A DNA stretch of 64,000 nt from a virus, in IMG/VR virus record IMGVR_UViG_3300047462_000154, positions 32,001 through 96,000 of that record; one strand, 5' to 3'. A model generated the notes under the pieces. It saw only the letters and a program-made list of their open reading frames with translations. It did no database searches and had not been told where the DNA came from. Below are positions 1-9,903 of this stretch, piece after piece. Positions within the stretch are counted from its first letter, which is position 1. Each line of letters begins with the position of its first letter. The position numbers and the translations under genes are program-made.

Positions 1-1
1 C

Positions 2-487
2 AACCGAACAAACAAACATCCATCTGGTGTATATTTTCAAAATATACCTATTCATCCAATTGATGGTATGGCAATATTTGACCATAATGAAGCTTCTGAA
101 AAAGGTTTTTTCAAAATAGATTTTTTGAAAAATTCAATTTATGAAGGTATTGAAGATGAAGAACATCTTGATAGATTGGTAAACACAGAACCAGTTTGGG
201 AATTGTTTCAAAATCAAAATATTGTTTCTCAATTAGCACAAATCAGTGAACATCATTCTTTGCTGGTTAAATTTAAACCAAAAAGTATTGAAGATTTGGC
301 AGTGTGTTTGGCATTAATGCGTCCAGGTAAAGCACATCTTCAAAACAAACCATATGTAAAAATAATTGAAGAAATTTGGAAACCATCCAAACATTATTAT
401 TATAAAAAATCACATTCAATTGCTTATGCATTATCTATTGTTGTACAATTAAATTTACTTGTTGAACAAATATGTTCAGACGAGTAA
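2..487 (+). CDS. DNA polymerase III alpha (DnaE)-like, compact C-terminal part; 5'-partial at window edge
   Basis: Frame is open from base 2 (NRTNKHPSGVYFQNIP...). Motifs KHPSGVY, FKIDFL, LALMRPG and KKSHSIAYA match DnaE HxxGVVI, KxDFL, ALxRPG and FNKSHxxAY. Confidence 0.8.
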   Translation, partial: NRTNKHPSGVYFQNIPIHPIDGMAIFDHNEASEKGFFKIDFLKNSIYEGIEDEEHLDRLVNTEPVWELFQNQNIVSQLAQISEHHSLLVKFKPKSIEDLAVCLALMRPGKAHLQNKPYVKIIEEIWKPSKHYYYKKSHSIAYALSIVVQLNLLVEQICSDE

Positions 488-490
488 ATC

Positions 491-862
491 ATGTGCGATT
501 TAGTGATTTACAACATAACAGAGCCGTTTTTACAACTTGATTGTTACGATATAACAACAAATAGATTAACATTTTCTGTTCCATTGATGCCATTATATGA
601 ACATGAAATTGAATTAAATTCTGGCAGATTTAAAAATTATTCTTTAATTATGTTTCCAAACAAAACATATTTGAGATATGATTCGAGATTACAAATACCT
701 TTAATTGAATGGTTTTGTTTAATAATTTCTTGGATAAATGAAATAAAAACAAAAAACCATTGGTCATTTTCTGGAAGAATAATTGATGAATATCGGGCTG
801 AATTTATTTTTGGATTTGATGATGTAGCAATTTCATTTATGTTTGCCATGGTTTGGATTTAA
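491..862 (+). CDS. Hypothetical protein, short family with C-terminal F-x-D-x-A-x-x-F-x-M/L tail
   Basis: 123-aa ORF. C-terminus FGFDDVAISFMFAMVW resembles that of the next ORF. Confidence 0.55.
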   Translation: MCDLVIYNITEPFLQLDCYDITTNRLTFSVPLMPLYEHEIELNSGRFKNYSLIMFPNKTYLRYDSRLQIPLIEWFCLIISWINEIKTKNHWSFSGRIIDEYRAEFIFGFDDVAISFMFAMVWI

Positions 863-1135
863 ATGTTTGTATTCACATTTCCAAAATTAATTTACTATAG
901 TGATGTTTTTCATTTTTATGAAATCAATGAAAAACATGCACATGATAATTTCAGAATACTATTTGAAAAACAATATGAGTTTTTAAATGATAATGGCATC
1001 TATTATGAATTATTTACTAATGAAACCAAAGATGATAGAGATATTGTGCTCTTTTACAAATTAAGTATTGTAATATACGATGAAACAGAAGCCGTATTGT
1101 ACAAATTGATGTTTGGGGAAGACCATCAAAGATAA
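863..1135 (+). CDS. Hypothetical protein, same short family (..DETEAVLYKLMF)
   Basis: 90-aa ORF, TAAATG-coupled to the previous gene. Confidence 0.6.
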   Translation: MFVFTFPKLIYYSDVFHFYEINEKHAHDNFRILFEKQYEFLNDNGIYYELFTNETKDDRDIVLFYKLSIVIYDETEAVLYKLMFGEDHQR

Positions 1136-1668
1136 GTCCATTTTCCGTTAATATCCATCATTGCAATATTTTCTTTATTAATTAAAAGTGGCACATCATG
1201 TTCGCAAATTATTTCACCTTCACGTCTTGCATATTTTAAATAATTCTGATTATCTTTTTTTGTTTGTGGTGGCAAATATTTGTAAATGCTTGCGATATCT
1301 AATATCATATTCAATTTGCTTGAAGGCATTTTAATAACAATACCACCATCAGAAAAATCTTCCGCAATATATGAATAATAAGTCCATGATGCTAATTTTG
1401 GCATTTTTAATATAATGGTTTCATTATTAAGAAGTTTTTCTTCCCATGCTTTATCAGAAGCATCCAATGCATTTGGCGAAATGCCTCTATAAAGCATGAT
1501 TGTATCTGTTCTAATAAATCGCATTGCTTCGTTTTTTACAGAAAGGATTTTCTGTTCAATTCGTTCTCTTGGAATTACCAATCCCCAACCTTTAATCCAA
1601 GATTTCGCTGCTGCTAAAAGTTTTGCTGAAGGAATTAAATTTTCTTGAATGATTTCATATAAACGCAT
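1126..1668 (-). CDS. ADP-ribosyltransferase-fold protein (R-S-E class) with MRLYEIIQE leader; putative virion-packaged effector
   Basis: LYRGIS ... LASWT..YIAEDF ... RREGEII matches the R / S-x-T / E-x-E motifs. ATAAATA lies 5 nt upstream. Confidence 0.65.
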   Translation of the reverse strand: MRLYEIIQENLIPSAKLLAAAKSWIKGWGLVIPRERIEQKILSVKNEAMRFIRTDTIMLYRGISPNALDASDKAWEEKLLNNETIILKMPKLASWTYYSYIAEDFSDGGIVIKMPSSKLNMILDIASIYKYLPPQTKKDNQNYLKYARREGEIICEHDVPLLINKENIAMMDINGKWTYL

Positions 1669-1746
1669 GAATATATTTATGTGAGGGCTTTATTATATAA
1701 ATTGAGATACTGCTTTCGTTAAAAGAACATTTGTTGTCGATTGTTT

Positions 1747-2130
1747 TTAATCCATTTTTTTGATTAATGTAACCTGACGTTTGCGAACACGTTTTGCAAT
1801 AGTTTCTTGTAATGAAACCATTGGTGGTCCACTAATTATTTCAAAATCTTTTCTTGAAAAATGTTTCAAACATATTCTAAATGGTCTAAATTTATCTTTT
1901 AAAAATATATTTATTGGAATTTGTCTGTTACTTCCCCACCACCATTCATCACCACATTTCAAAAATTCTTTTCTGGCAAGTCCTGCTGGAAGAACATCCA
2001 AAACATACATGGAAATCAATTGAGTATCACTGTTTTGAATTATTCCCAAATATTCTTTGTCAAGAAGTTTTGCGAATGTCAAAAACGGGAATTTTTCTAA
2101 TATTTCAATTATTTGTTGTGGATTCATCAA
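1747..2130 (-). CDS. Hypothetical phage protein
   Basis: 127-aa ORF with globular composition (EWWWGSNRQIPINIFL). Confidence 0.7.
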   Translation of the reverse strand: MMNPQQIIEILEKFPFLTFAKLLDKEYLGIIQNSDTQLISMYVLDVLPAGLARKEFLKCGDEWWWGSNRQIPINIFLKDKFRPFRICLKHFSRKDFEIISGPPMVSLQETIAKRVRKRQVTLIKKMD

Positions 2131-2132
2131 TT

Positions 2133-2510
2133 CTATTTAGTTTTTTGAAAATCAGTATTTATCCTTTTCTCTTTAATTGGTTGATAATATTGCTTTGTTT
2201 TATATAATTTTACTATTTTTGTTGATTCAACATTAATTTTTGACGTTTTTGCCTTCAAAATATTGTTCAAAAACCTTTTGTAACCAGCGCGATAATATCT
2301 TGCATCAATAATAAAATCATCTTTTGCAAGCATTGTTGAACAAATTATTTCTAATTCATTCAATTCATCATGAGATAATTGAATTTTTGCAATTCTATCA
2401 TTTCTTACTGCTAAGATTTTTTTATGAATTTTATAACAAACAACATCAGGATTTTCATCCCAATGTTTTCGAATTGTTTCTGGAATGGTAATAATCATAA
2501 ACAATCTCAT
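2133..2510 (-). CDS. Hypothetical protein (start may be 2498)
   Basis: 125-aa ORF coupled to the next gene; TTGACT -35-like box upstream. Confidence 0.55.
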   Translation of the reverse strand: MRLFMIITIPETIRKHWDENPDVVCYKIHKKILAVRNDRIAKIQLSHDELNELEIICSTMLAKDDFIIDARYYRAGYKRFLNNILKAKTSKINVESTKIVKLYKTKQYYQPIKEKRINTDFQKTK

Positions 2511-2550
2511 ATCACATTCAAATCATTAGTCAACGGCAATAAATAACAAT

Positions 2551-3684
2551 ATGCCCTTAAATTTATTCAACACCCCCCAAGTTGTAATTTTAACAAGACC
2601 CGAAAGCGGAAACTTATCAGGACCAATTTTAATGAATTATACAATAAATCGCTCTAATTTTAAAATCGTTCAAGGAATAACAAACACCTTGGAAGTGTTT
2701 ATTCAAGATGTGGACCATCAAGTTTCAATGATTAACACTTCAGCCACAGGAAGCGCAACATTCACTGGCACAACAGGAACAGATGTGCCAGCAGGAACCA
2801 TTGTAAGCACGTCTGATGGCATGCAATTTACTACCCAAACAGACTTCCTTATTGGCACTACAACTGGTTCTGTGACCATCCAGGCAGTTTCTACTGGTCC
2901 ATTATCTTATTCATCTGGTTCTGTATTAACCACAACCATTTCAGGCGTCACAGCAACGCTTACATCAGCGATTTCTGGTGGAAATACAGCTACAATTAAT
3001 TTCAATGTTGTTGACCCAAAATATCAATCACAAGTTTATGCATCTTGTGAAGGAAATTATCCAAATCCATATGATAATAGTGTTTTGTTATTATCAAGAC
3101 AAATGGTTGTCAAAGATATTACTCGTTCATTATATACAGTAACTTTTTTACCATCTGATATTATCGACTGGGATATTGGGGATTATCAATATTCCGTAAC
3201 AATCACTAATTCTGATTCAACAATTACTATTTTATATACTGATTTAGATTATTCGCCATATGGTGTTTTAACTTTAACATATGGACCATTTCCAGTTCCA
3301 GCACCAGTGCAAACATTTGACCCAAGCACATGGAATATTTCAAATTATTTTTCTTATAGTTCACCATTGGTTGGTTCCGCACAATTTGGTTATCCGCAAG
3401 GTTCACAAACTTTTGTTTTTTATTGTACAAATTATACAGGTGTTGTGAACATATATGGAAGTTTAAGTTCAAATCCAAATCCTACACAAATGGAAGATTG
3501 GTTTATTATCACACAACCATATTTTACAAATGTAAATGGTCCACAACAAGTTACTGTTAATGGAAATTATTTGTGGTTAATGGTTCAATTACCAGTATTC
3601 CAAATTGGTTTTTATCCAAATATGCCAAATACTGTACCACCTTATGTGATGGGAAGTATTACGAGTGTTACATATAAAAATTAA
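2551..3684 (+). CDS. Virion structural protein with an internal baseplate-J-like segment
   Basis: T/S/N-rich beta protein after ATAAATA. Internal ATGSATFTGTTGTDVPAGT...AVSTG...ISGG pattern. Confidence 0.65.
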   Translation: MPLNLFNTPQVVILTRPESGNLSGPILMNYTINRSNFKIVQGITNTLEVFIQDVDHQVSMINTSATGSATFTGTTGTDVPAGTIVSTSDGMQFTTQTDFLIGTTTGSVTIQAVSTGPLSYSSGSVLTTTISGVTATLTSAISGGNTATINFNVVDPKYQSQVYASCEGNYPNPYDNSVLLLSRQMVVKDITRSLYTVTFLPSDIIDWDIGDYQYSVTITNSDSTITILYTDLDYSPYGVLTLTYGPFPVPAPVQTFDPSTWNISNYFSYSSPLVGSAQFGYPQGSQTFVFYCTNYTGVVNIYGSLSSNPNPTQMEDWFIITQPYFTNVNGPQQVTVNGNYLWLMVQLPVFQIGFYPNMPNTVPPYVMGSITSVTYKN

Positions 3685-3902
3685 CGAATAGCTAATTGCA
3701 CCTGTTCAGATGGATTTTTAATATGTTTGATTGCATATCCATTTTTTTTAACAGCAGCTAATCGCACTTGTTCAGATGGATTTTTAATAAATTCGATTGC
3801 ATTTCCGTTTTGTTTAACAAAGATTAATTGCATTTGTTCAGATGGATTTATTAAAATTTTGACTTTTACTTGTGTTTGATATATTTGGATAAACATGAGC
3901 AC
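3681..3902 (-). pseudogene. Remnant of a DUF4116-like repeat protein (22-aa NPSEQVxLAAVKxNGxAIxxIK repeats)
   Basis: About 2.5 tandem 66-bp repeats (tgttcagatggatt three times). Short, with no convincing start. Confidence 0.5.
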
Positions 3903-4299
3903 ATATAAAATAAAAGTAAAAGAAACAGGAACTATTTTTTATTGTAAAAACGGTAAACCAATAAAAATTCTTCGATATAAAAATAAATTATTCCACCATG
4001 ATACATTGCCCGCAATAGAAAATTTTGAAGCATTTTCAAATGAAACAGAACCATCAAAATTTTGGTTTCAAAATGGACAACTTCATAGAATTGATGGTCC
4101 AGCAATTGAACATCCAAATGGTATGAAAGCTTGGTATAAATTTGGTAGATTACATCGTAATAATGGTCCTGCATTTATTCCAGCTACAGCAAATATTGCA
4201 TTGTATCTTTCTTTGCTGGCACTTTTAATTTCAAAAACAAAATTAGATATAAACGAAGAATATTATCTTCATGGCGAAAAACAAAGGAAATTCAAATGA
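3895..4299 (+). CDS. Hypothetical protein with LHRxDGPA repeats
   Basis: FHHDTLPA, LHRIDGPA and LHRNNGPA repeats. Confidence 0.7.
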   Translation: MSTYKIKVKETGTIFYCKNGKPIKILRYKNKLFHHDTLPAIENFEAFSNETEPSKFWFQNGQLHRIDGPAIEHPNGMKAWYKFGRLHRNNGPAFIPATANIALYLSLLALLISKTKLDINEEYYLHGEKQRKFK

Positions 4300-4835
4300 T
4301 TTATTATTGTTCAGATATACATTTTTTTCATTCTTCTATCATTACATTTTGTAAAAGACCATTTACTTCTGTTCCTGAAATGAATGAAGCATTAATTAAT
4401 AATTGGAATTCAAAAATCACAAACAACAATGATACCGTTTATTTCCTTGGTGATTTTGCATTAGGTTCATACACACCATCTGATTTGAAAAATATTTTTG
4501 ATAGATTAAATGGTCAAAAAGTTTTGATATATGGGAATCACGACCATTCAGAAATTAAAAAACTTCCTTGGGTATCACAACATGATATTCTTATGGTTAA
4601 AGATTCTGGTTATAAAATCATGTTATGTCATTACCCAATGCGGTCATGGAACGGTTCATTTCATGGCACCTATCATTTCTTTGGGCATGAACATGGAAGA
4701 ATTCCAAATATTGAAAGAGCCGCCGATGTTGGCGTTGATTCATGGAATTTATTTCCAACAACATTTGTAGAAGTTAAAAACAGATTAGATGAAGAACAAT
4801 TGCAAAGATTTTCGGCAGCGGTGAATGGAAAATAA
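4296..4835 (+). CDS. Calcineurin-like metallophosphoesterase
   Basis: SDIHF, LGDF, GNHD, CHYP and GHEH motifs. Confidence 0.9.
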   Translation: MIYYCSDIHFFHSSIITFCKRPFTSVPEMNEALINNWNSKITNNNDTVYFLGDFALGSYTPSDLKNIFDRLNGQKVLIYGNHDHSEIKKLPWVSQHDILMVKDSGYKIMLCHYPMRSWNGSFHGTYHFFGHEHGRIPNIERAADVGVDSWNLFPTTFVEVKNRLDEEQLQRFSAAVNGK

Positions 4836-5850
4836 TCAAATATGGGATGCGATTGATTCAAGATTAATTGGAGCAAAAAGAGGAAGCAAAGGTTTTCTTC
4901 AAATAAATTGTCCGATGTGTCAAATGATGGGCACATCAAAAGACACAAGAAAACGTTGTGGAATAAAAAATAGTATTGATACTATTGGTATAAATTGTTT
5001 CAATTGTGGTTTCAAAACCAAATATACTGTTGGTGAACAATTGAGTAGAAAAATGCAAAGTTTTATGGAAGAACTTGGTATTGCATCTACTGAAGTAAGT
5101 CGATTGCAATATTGGGCATGGCAAATTTATAAACAAAATATTCCATCAAATATTGAATTTAAACCAAAATTCACTAAACCAATTTTTAAAAAATCATCTT
5201 TACCAGAAAATTCTATGAGTATTGCTGTTCTTGCACAAGAAAATTTTAAATATCCTAAATTTTTACAGGCTGCTAATTATGTTTTAGAAAGACAACATTC
5301 AGCAAATCCAAATAATTTATATTGGAGTCCAGAATATGAAGATTATATTATTATTCCATTACTTCAAAATGGAAATATTGTTGGATATACAGCAAGAGCA
5401 ACAATAGAAAATATTCCGAAATACAATAACATCAGTATTCCAAAAGATTTTTTGTTTAATTGTGATGTTATTGAAAAAACAGATAGAAAATATTTGATTA
5501 TTGTTGAAGGGATATTTGATGCTTTATCAATTGATGCTGTTTCTACAATGGGGGCAAGATTAAATAAATTTCAAATTGATTGGCTAAATAACTCACCATT
5601 AACTAAAATACTTGTGCCTGATAAAGATGATACTGGAAAACGCCAGATAGACATAGCAGTTGAAAATAATTGGTATGTTTCTTTACCAAGTGCTGGCGTG
5701 GATAGATTATGGCATCGAGATATAAAAGATGTTGATGATGCTGTAAAAAAATATGGTAAATTATGGACTGTTCATTCTATTTTAAAAAATAGAAAAAATA
5801 ATAAAATCGATATTGAATCCGATAAGGAATTAATATACCAAACTAATTAA
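4825..5850 (+). CDS. DNA primase (T4 gp61-like; Zn finger plus TOPRIM)
   Basis: CPMC...CFNCG zinc finger; VEGIFDA and PDKDDTG TOPRIM motifs; adjacent to helicase. Confidence 0.9.
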   Translation: MENNQIWDAIDSRLIGAKRGSKGFLQINCPMCQMMGTSKDTRKRCGIKNSIDTIGINCFNCGFKTKYTVGEQLSRKMQSFMEELGIASTEVSRLQYWAWQIYKQNIPSNIEFKPKFTKPIFKKSSLPENSMSIAVLAQENFKYPKFLQAANYVLERQHSANPNNLYWSPEYEDYIIIPLLQNGNIVGYTARATIENIPKYNNISIPKDFLFNCDVIEKTDRKYLIIVEGIFDALSIDAVSTMGARLNKFQIDWLNNSPLTKILVPDKDDTGKRQIDIAVENNWYVSLPSAGVDRLWHRDIKDVDDAVKKYGKLWTVHSILKNRKNNKIDIESDKELIYQTN

Positions 5851-5859
5851 GAGAAATAA

Positions 5860-7227
5860 ATGAAAAATAATAATAAAAATATAGATGTAGAATTTAATGA
5901 AGACGTACAAAAAATATATTTGGAATGGTTTATCACAGAACCAAATATGTTTGCTTTATGCAGAAATATCATAAAGGTAGATTATTTTGATAATAATTTA
6001 CAAACCACTGCGCAATTCATCATTGATTATGCAAATGAAAATTCAACTTTGCCTTTACCAAATCAGATTAAAGCAAAAACTGGTGTTGAATTAAATAAAT
6101 TACCAGATGAATTAAAATCACATTCAATGTGGTTTATTAAGGAAATTGAAAAATTTTGTAGAACGAAAGCATTGGAATTAGCGGTATATTCTGGTGTTAA
6201 ATTAATCAATGAAAACAAAGGTGGAGAATTAGAAAAACGAATTAGAGATGCAATGTCAATCAGTCTTATGACTGATTTAGGAAGTAATTATTTTAAAGAT
6301 GATACGTTTTCTCGTTTAGAAAAAATGAAAGACAGGTCTGGTTTTATCAGCACTGGTTGGCATTCTCTTGATACAAAATTGTATGGTGGATTTACAAGGG
6401 GCGGCTTAAATGTGTTCGCTGGTGGTTCGGGTTCTGGCAAAAGTTTATTTTTACAAAATCTTGCAATAAATTGGGCAAGTTTTGGATATAATGTTGTTTA
6501 TTTTAGTTTAGAATTATCTGAATTATTAATTCAATTCAGATTAGATGCAATGGTTACGGAACAATCAACATCTGAAGTAATTAGAGATATCCCAAACGTT
6601 ACTGAAAAAATCAGAAAAATGGGACAAACTTCTGGTGATTTAATAATAAAACAAATGGGAAGTGGTACAACCATAAATGATTTTAGAGCATTTTTAAAAG
6701 AATATGAAATCAAAACAGGTAAACAATTTGATGCTATTGTTGTTGATTATTTGGATTTAATGCATCCTACAAATATCCAAATTAATCCAGGTGATTTATT
6801 TGTAAAGGACAAATACGTTGCTGAAGAATTGCGCGGCTTGATGCATGAATATGATGTTTTTGGCGCAACAGCATCGCAATTAAATCGAGGGTCCACGCAA
6901 AGTCAAGAGTTTGACCATAGCCATATTGCTGGTGGTATTTCAAAAATTAATACAGCAGATAACGTTTTTGGTATTTTTGCTCCAGATTCACTTAAAGATA
7001 AAGGCGAAATTGAATTGCAATTATTGAAAACAAGAAGTGCCGCTTCTTCTGGTCAAAAAATAAAATTGGCGTATGGAAGAGATACCATGAGAATTACAGA
7101 TAAAACAAATGGTAATGAAAACATAAAAACTGAATTAAAAAAAGAAATAAATTCAGCACCAAAAGAACAACCAAAGAAAAAATCTGCGATAGATTTAATT
7201 TCAGAAATGAAAAATAATTCAACTTGA
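5860..7227 (+). CDS. Replicative DnaB-family helicase (T4 gp41-like)
   Basis: Walker A GGSGSGKS, FSLEL, VVDYLDLM, ASQLNR and LKTR motifs. Confidence 0.95.
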   Translation: MKNNNKNIDVEFNEDVQKIYLEWFITEPNMFALCRNIIKVDYFDNNLQTTAQFIIDYANENSTLPLPNQIKAKTGVELNKLPDELKSHSMWFIKEIEKFCRTKALELAVYSGVKLINENKGGELEKRIRDAMSISLMTDLGSNYFKDDTFSRLEKMKDRSGFISTGWHSLDTKLYGGFTRGGLNVFAGGSGSGKSLFLQNLAINWASFGYNVVYFSLELSELLIQFRLDAMVTEQSTSEVIRDIPNVTEKIRKMGQTSGDLIIKQMGSGTTINDFRAFLKEYEIKTGKQFDAIVVDYLDLMHPTNIQINPGDLFVKDKYVAEELRGLMHEYDVFGATASQLNRGSTQSQEFDHSHIAGGISKINTADNVFGIFAPDSLKDKGEIELQLLKTRSAASSGQKIKLAYGRDTMRITDKTNGNENIKTELKKEINSAPKEQPKKKSAIDLISEMKNNST

Positions 7228-7251
7228 ACAATACTTTATAAATAGTATAAT
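7224..7251 (+). promoter_or_regulatory. Overlapping sigma70-like (TTGAAC-N16-TATAAT) and late (TATAAATA 7237-7244) promoters
   Basis: Both motifs lie at the helicase end / intergenic gap before the head-gene cluster. Confidence 0.55.
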
Positions 7252-7267
7252 TACTATTGGTGTTTTC

Positions 7268-7525
7268 ATGGACGAATTTGAACAAATGCGCTCTTTGATG
7301 AGATTAGTCGAAATATCCGACTATTCTCATCAAGATATCTATGAAACAGAAGAGGATAATACAATTCAAAATCCGCCAGATGTTATTGAAAAATTGAATT
7401 TATTGGTTACAAAATTACGTGACCATTATGAACCAGAAGAATCAGAAAAATCTGTTGGTGTTGAACTTGGTATGAATATGGCTGCTGATATGATTGAAAA
7501 TTTGATTAAAGAATTAAAAGGCTAA
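7268..7525 (+). CDS. Hypothetical acidic protein (head region)
   Basis: 85-aa ORF after the late promoter. Confidence 0.65.
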   Translation: MDEFEQMRSLMRLVEISDYSHQDIYETEEDNTIQNPPDVIEKLNLLVTKLRDHYEPEESEKSVGVELGMNMAADMIENLIKELKG

Positions 7526-7529
7526 TAAA

Positions 7530-7790
7530 ATGACAGATAAAAAATTTACCAGTTTATTAACTGAATTGTCAGATTATGCGCCCAAAAAAGATAAAGACTT
7601 GTTCATTGAATCAAGAGCGCAACAAGTTATTGCATCTGCTGTTCATTTGTTGAAATTGATTAGAGAAAATTATGATGCAGAAACAGCAGAAGATTTAAGT
7701 AAGCGTCTTGTTCGTTCAATTTTGTCAGAAGATGAAGATAAGTTTCGTCGCAAAATTCGTGCTATTAAAGAAGGAAAATCTGATAAATGA
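7530..7790 (+). CDS. Hypothetical phage protein (head region)
   Basis: 86-aa helical ORF, translationally coupled. Confidence 0.7.
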   Translation: MTDKKFTSLLTELSDYAPKKDKDLFIESRAQQVIASAVHLLKLIRENYDAETAEDLSKRLVRSILSEDEDKFRRKIRAIKEGKSDK

Positions 7791-9160
7791 CAGATAAATT
7801 AAATGAATTTGATATTCCTGGTATTAGTCATATAAATGATTGGGTAAACAAACAAAAAGGTAAACAACAGGCAATTAATATTTCCAAAGTATTGATGAAA
7901 AAATACATGGAATATCTTGGAAGAAATAAATTAAAAGCTAATCCAGGAACAATTAAAAACTTCTTTGAAAGAACAGTAGAAGATGGTGAAGAATATGTTC
8001 AAGATGCAATGAAAGTTGCTGTTGATTTGGCAAAAGAAAAAGACCGTAAAAAATTAGACGCGCAAAGAAAACAAGAAGAAAAACAGCAACAAACTGCTAA
8101 ACCATCCTCACCGCCACAAAATCCTTCTGCATCTTCTGCTCAACCAAAACCAAATAATCCAAACCCAGGAAATCCACCAAATAATGGTGGTGGTGCTAAT
8201 CTTAATCCGCAACAATCATATGGCAAAACTCCATCTGGTAATTCAAGAGTTGAGCCATCTTTAAATAATCAAAGAACACAAGATTCAAAAACATTAACTA
8301 ATGATTTAGCGCATCCAAACCCCGCCAATTTAAAAAGAGATTTAACAGATTTACATGATTTATTATCTCAGGCAAATGCACAAGGTGGCGAAGAAAAACA
8401 ACAAGTTTTAAATTATTTGAGCACATTAAGAAATAACAAATTTCTTCAAAACAAATATCCACAATTTTCAAAAGCTATTCGCGGCGAAAGTACAAATCGA
8501 ATTGTTAATTTTGCAACTTTTCTTGTAGAATATGATTTGCGTTCTAAACATGCATTGAATGGTGCTTTGAATTTTCTTTATGAAGATGACCCTGTATATG
8601 GTTCATCACAACCACCACCATATAATTATCATCCACAACCAGCACCAGAGCCACAATCTAAACCAGAAGATTTAGATGCAGAAGAGAATTCCGCAAAAAA
8701 CAGAAATGATGAAATTAGAAAAAATAAAGAATTTCAAGATTTTTTAGATACTCAATTATCTAGAGGCGAAATCATGAAAATTCTTTATGCTGCTGCTACT
8801 GAAATGATTAATAGTGGTGATTTTTATTATGACCCGAATGAAAACAAGAAAAACCATAATGATTTTAGAGGAATATCAAATTCTCATAGAGGAAACACAA
8901 AACCCTCCAATCATAATGGAGGAAAACCAAATCATTATGCTGGAGAAGTAAAAATTGATAAATTTCGTTCATATCTTTCTAATTTATCAAAAGACGAAAA
9001 ACAAAATATACAATCAACTGACTATTTCAATGTAAAACAAGCAGTTAGGTATTCAGCAGATACAACAGTAGATGGTATTATTAGATATATTAAAAAAAAT
9101 AATTTAAAACCATTATCAGCTACGGCGATTCATTATCTGCACAAAAGCGAATTAGATTAA
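7787..9160 (+). CDS. Low-complexity putative internal head protein
   Basis: P/N/Q-rich linkers; several L/V-x-E sites (KLNE, FLVE, FLYE). Confidence 0.55.
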   Translation: MTDKLNEFDIPGISHINDWVNKQKGKQQAINISKVLMKKYMEYLGRNKLKANPGTIKNFFERTVEDGEEYVQDAMKVAVDLAKEKDRKKLDAQRKQEEKQQQTAKPSSPPQNPSASSAQPKPNNPNPGNPPNNGGGANLNPQQSYGKTPSGNSRVEPSLNNQRTQDSKTLTNDLAHPNPANLKRDLTDLHDLLSQANAQGGEEKQQVLNYLSTLRNNKFLQNKYPQFSKAIRGESTNRIVNFATFLVEYDLRSKHALNGALNFLYEDDPVYGSSQPPPYNYHPQPAPEPQSKPEDLDAEENSAKNRNDEIRKNKEFQDFLDTQLSRGEIMKILYAAATEMINSGDFYYDPNENKKNHNDFRGISNSHRGNTKPSNHNGGKPNHYAGEVKIDKFRSYLSNLSKDEKQNIQSTDYFNVKQAVRYSADTTVDGIIRYIKKNNLKPLSATAIHYLHKSELD

Positions 9161-9162
9161 TA

Positions 9163-9903
9163 ATGTTTGAGTTTATTGCAAATTTATCAGAAAGTTTGTT
9201 GTTTTCATCCAAAACAGCAGTTGAAAGTTATAAAGAAAAAGAATTAGCAGAAATTGCTTATCTTTCAATTATAACTTTGCGCATTCTTTTGTGGAGCGAT
9301 GAATTTAAAGATGTGGCTAAATCCTATTGTAAGAGAACCACACACGGCTCTGATTTTGAATCTTGGCGCACAGATGCCACAGATTTATATGCAGCCATGT
9401 ATGGGCTTGTAAACGATTCTGACCGCTATGAATTATGTTCCAAAAAAGTTTGGTTATGGTTGCATAAAGCATCACAAGGACATTTAAGTCACAACAAATC
9501 AGATGAGTTATTTGTTAAATTGGATTACTATTTTCATATCAATAACGAATCCATGCGCGCTGTTAGAAGATTGGCTATGGAATTCTATAAACTTAATAGA
9601 ACAGAACAAAAACTATGTATTACAAGATTAATTCAATTATTACGTCATAGAGCATTAAAATCAGAATTGTTCAAAGAATTAAAAGAATATGCATCAACTC
9701 ATAATTACGAAATCAAAGACGCAAATGACCCAGAAAATAAACCAAATATTCTAAAAGGGTTTCATGAAAACGCTTCTGCTGGTGCTACAAGTGCTGCATC
9801 GATTGCAAGCGTTGCTGGTGGTCTTGGGGCAGGGTTTGATAATGATTATTCAAAATCTGTATATGGAAAACAAAAACCAATTGTAATTAGAAGAAATCCA
9901 TGA
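9163..9903 (+). CDS. Putative head-associated protein
   Basis: 246 aa; C-terminal E|NASAGATSAASIAS motif; late-gene context. Confidence 0.55.
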   Translation: MFEFIANLSESLLFSSKTAVESYKEKELAEIAYLSIITLRILLWSDEFKDVAKSYCKRTTHGSDFESWRTDATDLYAAMYGLVNDSDRYELCSKKVWLWLHKASQGHLSHNKSDELFVKLDYYFHINNESMRAVRRLAMEFYKLNRTEQKLCITRLIQLLRHRALKSELFKELKEYASTHNYEIKDANDPENKPNILKGFHENASAGATSAASIASVAGGLGAGFDNDYSKSVYGKQKPIVIRRNP

